DNA of 9,435 nucleotides from a virus (Duplodnaviria; Heunggongvirae; Uroviricota; Caudoviricetes): IMG/VR virus record IMGVR_UViG_2671180577_000006; one strand, 5' to 3'. Shown piece by piece: positions 6,896 to 9,435 of this stretch (position 1 is its first letter; each line of letters starts with the position of its first letter). The notes under the pieces were generated by a model. It saw only the letters and a program-made list of their open reading frames with translations, ran no database searches and was not told where the DNA came from. The position numbers and the translations under genes were made by a program.

Positions 6896-9435
6896 ATGAC
6901 AGTAAAAATTTCTGGCGTGCTTAAAGATGGCACAGGAAAACCAGTACAGAACTGCACCATTGTGCTGAAGGCCAGACGAACCAGCAGCACGGTGGTGGTG
7001 AACACGCTGGCCTCAGAAAATCCGGATGAAGCCGGGCGTTACAGCATGGACGTTGAGTACGGTCAGTACAGCGTTATTCTGTTGGTGGAGGGATTCCCGC
7101 CGTCACATGCCGGGACCATCACCGTGTATGAAGATTCTCAACCCGGTACGCTGAATGATTTTCTCGGTGCCATGACGGAGGATGATGCCCGTCCGGAGGC
7201 ATTGCGACGTTTTGAACTGATGGTGGAAGAGGTGGCGCGTAACGCGTCCGCAGTGGCACAGAACACGGCAGCCGCGAAGAAGTCAGCCAGTGATGCCAGC
7301 ACATCTGCCCGTGAGGCGGCAACCCATGCGACTGATGCTGCAGGCTCAGCACGTGCAGCCAGCACGTCAGCCGGACAGGCCGCGTCGTCGGCTCAGTCAG
7401 CGTCTTCCAGCGCAGGAACGGCATCAGCAAAAGCCTCTGAGGCATCAAAAAGTGCTACCGCTGCAGAGTCCTCAAAAAGCGCGGCAGCTACCAGCGCCGG
7501 TGCCGCGAAAACGTCAGAAACGAATGCCGCAGCATCACAAAAATCGGCAGCCACTTCTGCATCCACAGCGACCACGAAGGCGTCAGAAGCTGCCACCTCG
7601 GCACGGGGTGCGGCGGCCTCAAAAGAGGCAGCGAAATCTTCAGAAACGAATGCATCATCAAGTGCCAGTAGTGCAACTTCCTCGGCAACGGCGGCAGGAA
7701 ATTCCGCGAAGGCGGCAAAAACGTCCGAGACGAACGCTAAGTCTTCTGAAACAGCAGCGGGACAGAGCGCCTCAGCTGCGGCAGGTTCAAAAACAGCGGC
7801 TGCATTATCTGCCAGTGCCGCGTCAACAAGTGCCGGGCAGGCCTCAGCCAGTGCCACCGCCGCCGGAAAATCGGCAGAAAGCGCCGCATCATCCGCTTCA
7901 ACAGCCACAACGAAGGCTGGCAAAGCCACTGAGCAAGCCACTGCAGCAGCGAGGTCTGCTTCTGCAGCAAAAACCTCTGAAACAAATGCAAAGACTTCAG
8001 CAGACAATGCTGCTTCCTCTAAGGCGGCAGCCGCATCGTCAGCCAGTTCAGCGGCGTCATCGGCATCATCTGCGTCTGATTCAAAAGATGAGGCGACCAG
8101 ACAGGCGTCAGCAGCAAAGGGCAGCGCCACGACGGCATCCACGAAGGCGACAGAGGCAGCTGGCAGTGCGACGGCGGCAGCTCAGAGCAAAAGTACGGCG
8201 GAATCCGCGGCAACGCGCGCCGAGACAGCGGCAAAACGGGCAGAGGATATTGCATCCGCCGTGGCGCTTGAGGATGCGAGCACGACGAAAAAGGGAATAG
8301 TACAGCTCAGCAGTGCGACCAACAGCACTTCCGAGTCACTGGCGGCAACGCCAAAAGCGGTTAAGGCGGTAATGGGTGAAACGAACAAGAAAGCGCCCTT
8401 AAATAGTCCTGCACTGACCGGAACGCCAACAACACCAACTGCGCGACAGGGAACGAATAATACCCAAATCGCAAGCACGGCTTATGTTATGGCTGCGATC
8501 GCTGCCCTCGTGGACTCGTCGCCTGACGCACTGAATACGCTGAACGAGCTGGCTGCGGCGTTGGGCAACGACCCGAATTTTGCGACCACCATGACTAACG
8601 CGCTTGCGGGTAAGCAACCGAAAGATGCCACCCTGACGGCGCTGGCCGGGCTTGCTACTGCGGCAGACAGGTTTCCGTATTTTACGGGGAATGATGTCGC
8701 CAGCCTGGCAACCCTGACAAAAGTCGGGCGGGATATTCTTGCGAAATCGACCGTTGCTGCCGTTATCGAATACCTCGGTTTACGAGAACTCGGCACAAGC
8801 GGGGAGAAAATACCGTTACTCAGTACAGCGAATACCTGGACTAATCGACAAACATTCAGCGGTGGCCTTTCTGGTGAACTATCCGGCAATGCTTCTACAG
8901 CTGCAAAATTAAAAACTGCCAGGAAAATAAGCAATGTGGCTTTTGATGGTTCCTCCGATATCACATTAAAAGCAAGTCATGTTGGTGCGTTTGCCTTAGG
9001 GAAAACAGGAAGCACCGTTGCGAATGATAAAGCAGTTGGATGGAACTGGAGTAGCGGAGCCTATAACGCAACTATTAGTGGTGCATCAACGTTAATTATT
9101 CATTTTTATATGGGAGAAGGAAGTTGTCCTGCAGCTCAGTTTCGGATTAATTATAAAAATGGCGGTATTTTTTATCGTTCAGCCCGTGATGGTTATGGTT
9201 TTGAAGCCGACTGGTCCGAATTTTACACCACCACCAGAAAACCTTCAGCAGGAGATGTTGGTGCACTGCCGTTATCTGGTGGTCAACTGAATGGTGCACT
9301 GGGTATCGGAACATCCAGTGCTCTTGGCGGTAATTCGATTGTATTGGGTGATAATGACACGGGCTTTAAACAAAATGGCGATGGTAATCTGGATGTTTAT
9401 GCTAATAACGTCCATGTTATGCGCTTTGTCTCCGG
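6896..9435 (+). CDS. stf: Side tail fiber protein Stf, 3'-partial (runs off the window end; at least 846 codons)
   Basis: Not in the supplied ORF track because there is no in-window stop. I traced the frame by hand from ATG 6896 (preceded by GGTGGA and by in-frame TAA 6821-6823) to the window end without a stop. The N-terminus MTVKISGVLKDGTGKPVQNCTI... is recognisable as the lambda Stf (orf-401) N-terminus. A long Ala/Ser/Thr-rich shaft with repeated KTSETNA motifs follows, then the tail-fiber motif NSPALTGTPTTPTARQGTNNTQIASTAYV, then a distal segment with GDNDTGFKQNGDGNLDVYANN-type motifs. The minus-strand 249-aa Ala-rich ORF and the plus-strand 336-aa Arg/Gln-rich ORF are alternative-frame artefacts of this gene. 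Confidence 0.85.
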   Translation, partial: MTVKISGVLKDGTGKPVQNCTIVLKARRTSSTVVVNTLASENPDEAGRYSMDVEYGQYSVILLVEGFPPSHAGTITVYEDSQPGTLNDFLGAMTEDDARPEALRRFELMVEEVARNASAVAQNTAAAKKSASDASTSAREAATHATDAAGSARAASTSAGQAASSAQSASSSAGTASAKASEASKSATAAESSKSAAATSAGAAKTSETNAAASQKSAATSASTATTKASEAATSARGAAASKEAAKSSETNASSSASSATSSATAAGNSAKAAKTSETNAKSSETAAGQSASAAAGSKTAAALSASAASTSAGQASASATAAGKSAESAASSASTATTKAGKATEQATAAARSASAAKTSETNAKTSADNAASSKAAAASSASSAASSASSASDSKDEATRQASAAKGSATTASTKATEAAGSATAAAQSKSTAESAATRAETAAKRAEDIASAVALEDASTTKKGIVQLSSATNSTSESLAATPKAVKAVMGETNKKAPLNSPALTGTPTTPTARQGTNNTQIASTAYVMAAIAALVDSSPDALNTLNELAAALGNDPNFATTMTNALAGKQPKDATLTALAGLATAADRFPYFTGNDVASLATLTKVGRDILAKSTVAAVIEYLGLRELGTSGEKIPLLSTANTWTNRQTFSGGLSGELSGNASTAAKLKTARKISNVAFDGSSDITLKASHVGAFALGKTGSTVANDKAVGWNWSSGAYNATISGASTLIIHFYMGEGSCPAAQFRINYKNGGIFYRSARDGYGFEADWSEFYTTTRKPSAGDVGALPLSGGQLNGALGIGTSSALGGNSIVLGDNDTGFKQNGDGNLDVYANNVHVMRFVS
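7240..8280 (+). repeat. Low-complexity Ala/Ser/Thr-rich quasi-repetitive region inside stf (fiber shaft)
   Basis: Recurring nucleotide/peptide units such as GCGAAAACGTCAGAAACGAATGC (AKTSETNA) at about 7504, 7630, 7717 and 7966 with irregular spacing (126, 87, 249 nt). Strongly biased GCN/TCN/ACN codon usage gives open reading frames on several frames of both strands. Confidence 0.55.

Noticed and set aside
7393-8142. 249-aa Ala-rich minus-strand ORF and 336-aa Arg/Gln/Pro-rich plus-strand ORF (7290-8300)
   Set aside because: Both are alternative-frame read-throughs of the Ala/Ser-rich repeat region of stf. The true frame starts at ATG 6896 and is continuous with recognisable Stf N- and C-terminal motifs.
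8482-8964. 160-aa minus-strand ORF near the stf conserved motif region
   Set aside because: Antisense to the open stf frame; no RBS and no recognisable domains.
1-9435. A previously undescribed system (defence, toxin-antitoxin, novel RNA) hidden in this window
   Set aside because: Every substantial ORF and intergenic spacer is accounted for by the lambda-like tail genes, lom and their terminators. Spacers are short (6-151 nt) and leave no room for an additional cassette.

Overview
This window is the tail-tip / tail-fiber module of a lambda-like (lambdoid) siphophage or prophage, all on the + strand in the same order as phage lambda: 3' end of tape-measure gene H, then M, L, K, I (K and I overlap by 103 nt in different frames), J (1159 aa), the lom outer-membrane-protein gene bracketed by two hairpin-plus-T-tract terminators, and the first 846 codons of the side tail fiber gene stf, which runs off the right edge. 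Calls rest on my recognition of the translated proteins as lambda H/M/L/K/I/J/Lom/Stf homologues and on catalytic or structural motifs read directly from the sequence; no database search was possible. The stf ORF is absent from the supplied ORF track because it has no in-window stop; I traced its frame by hand. I see no evidence for a novel or undescribed system (no defence, toxin, CRISPR, integrase or RNA genes): this is a well-characterised module. The parts most worth a second look are the host-range determinants (J C-terminus, a compositionally distinct distal stf segment) and the lom moron. All long minus-strand ORFs are antisense shadows of the GC-rich coding genes.
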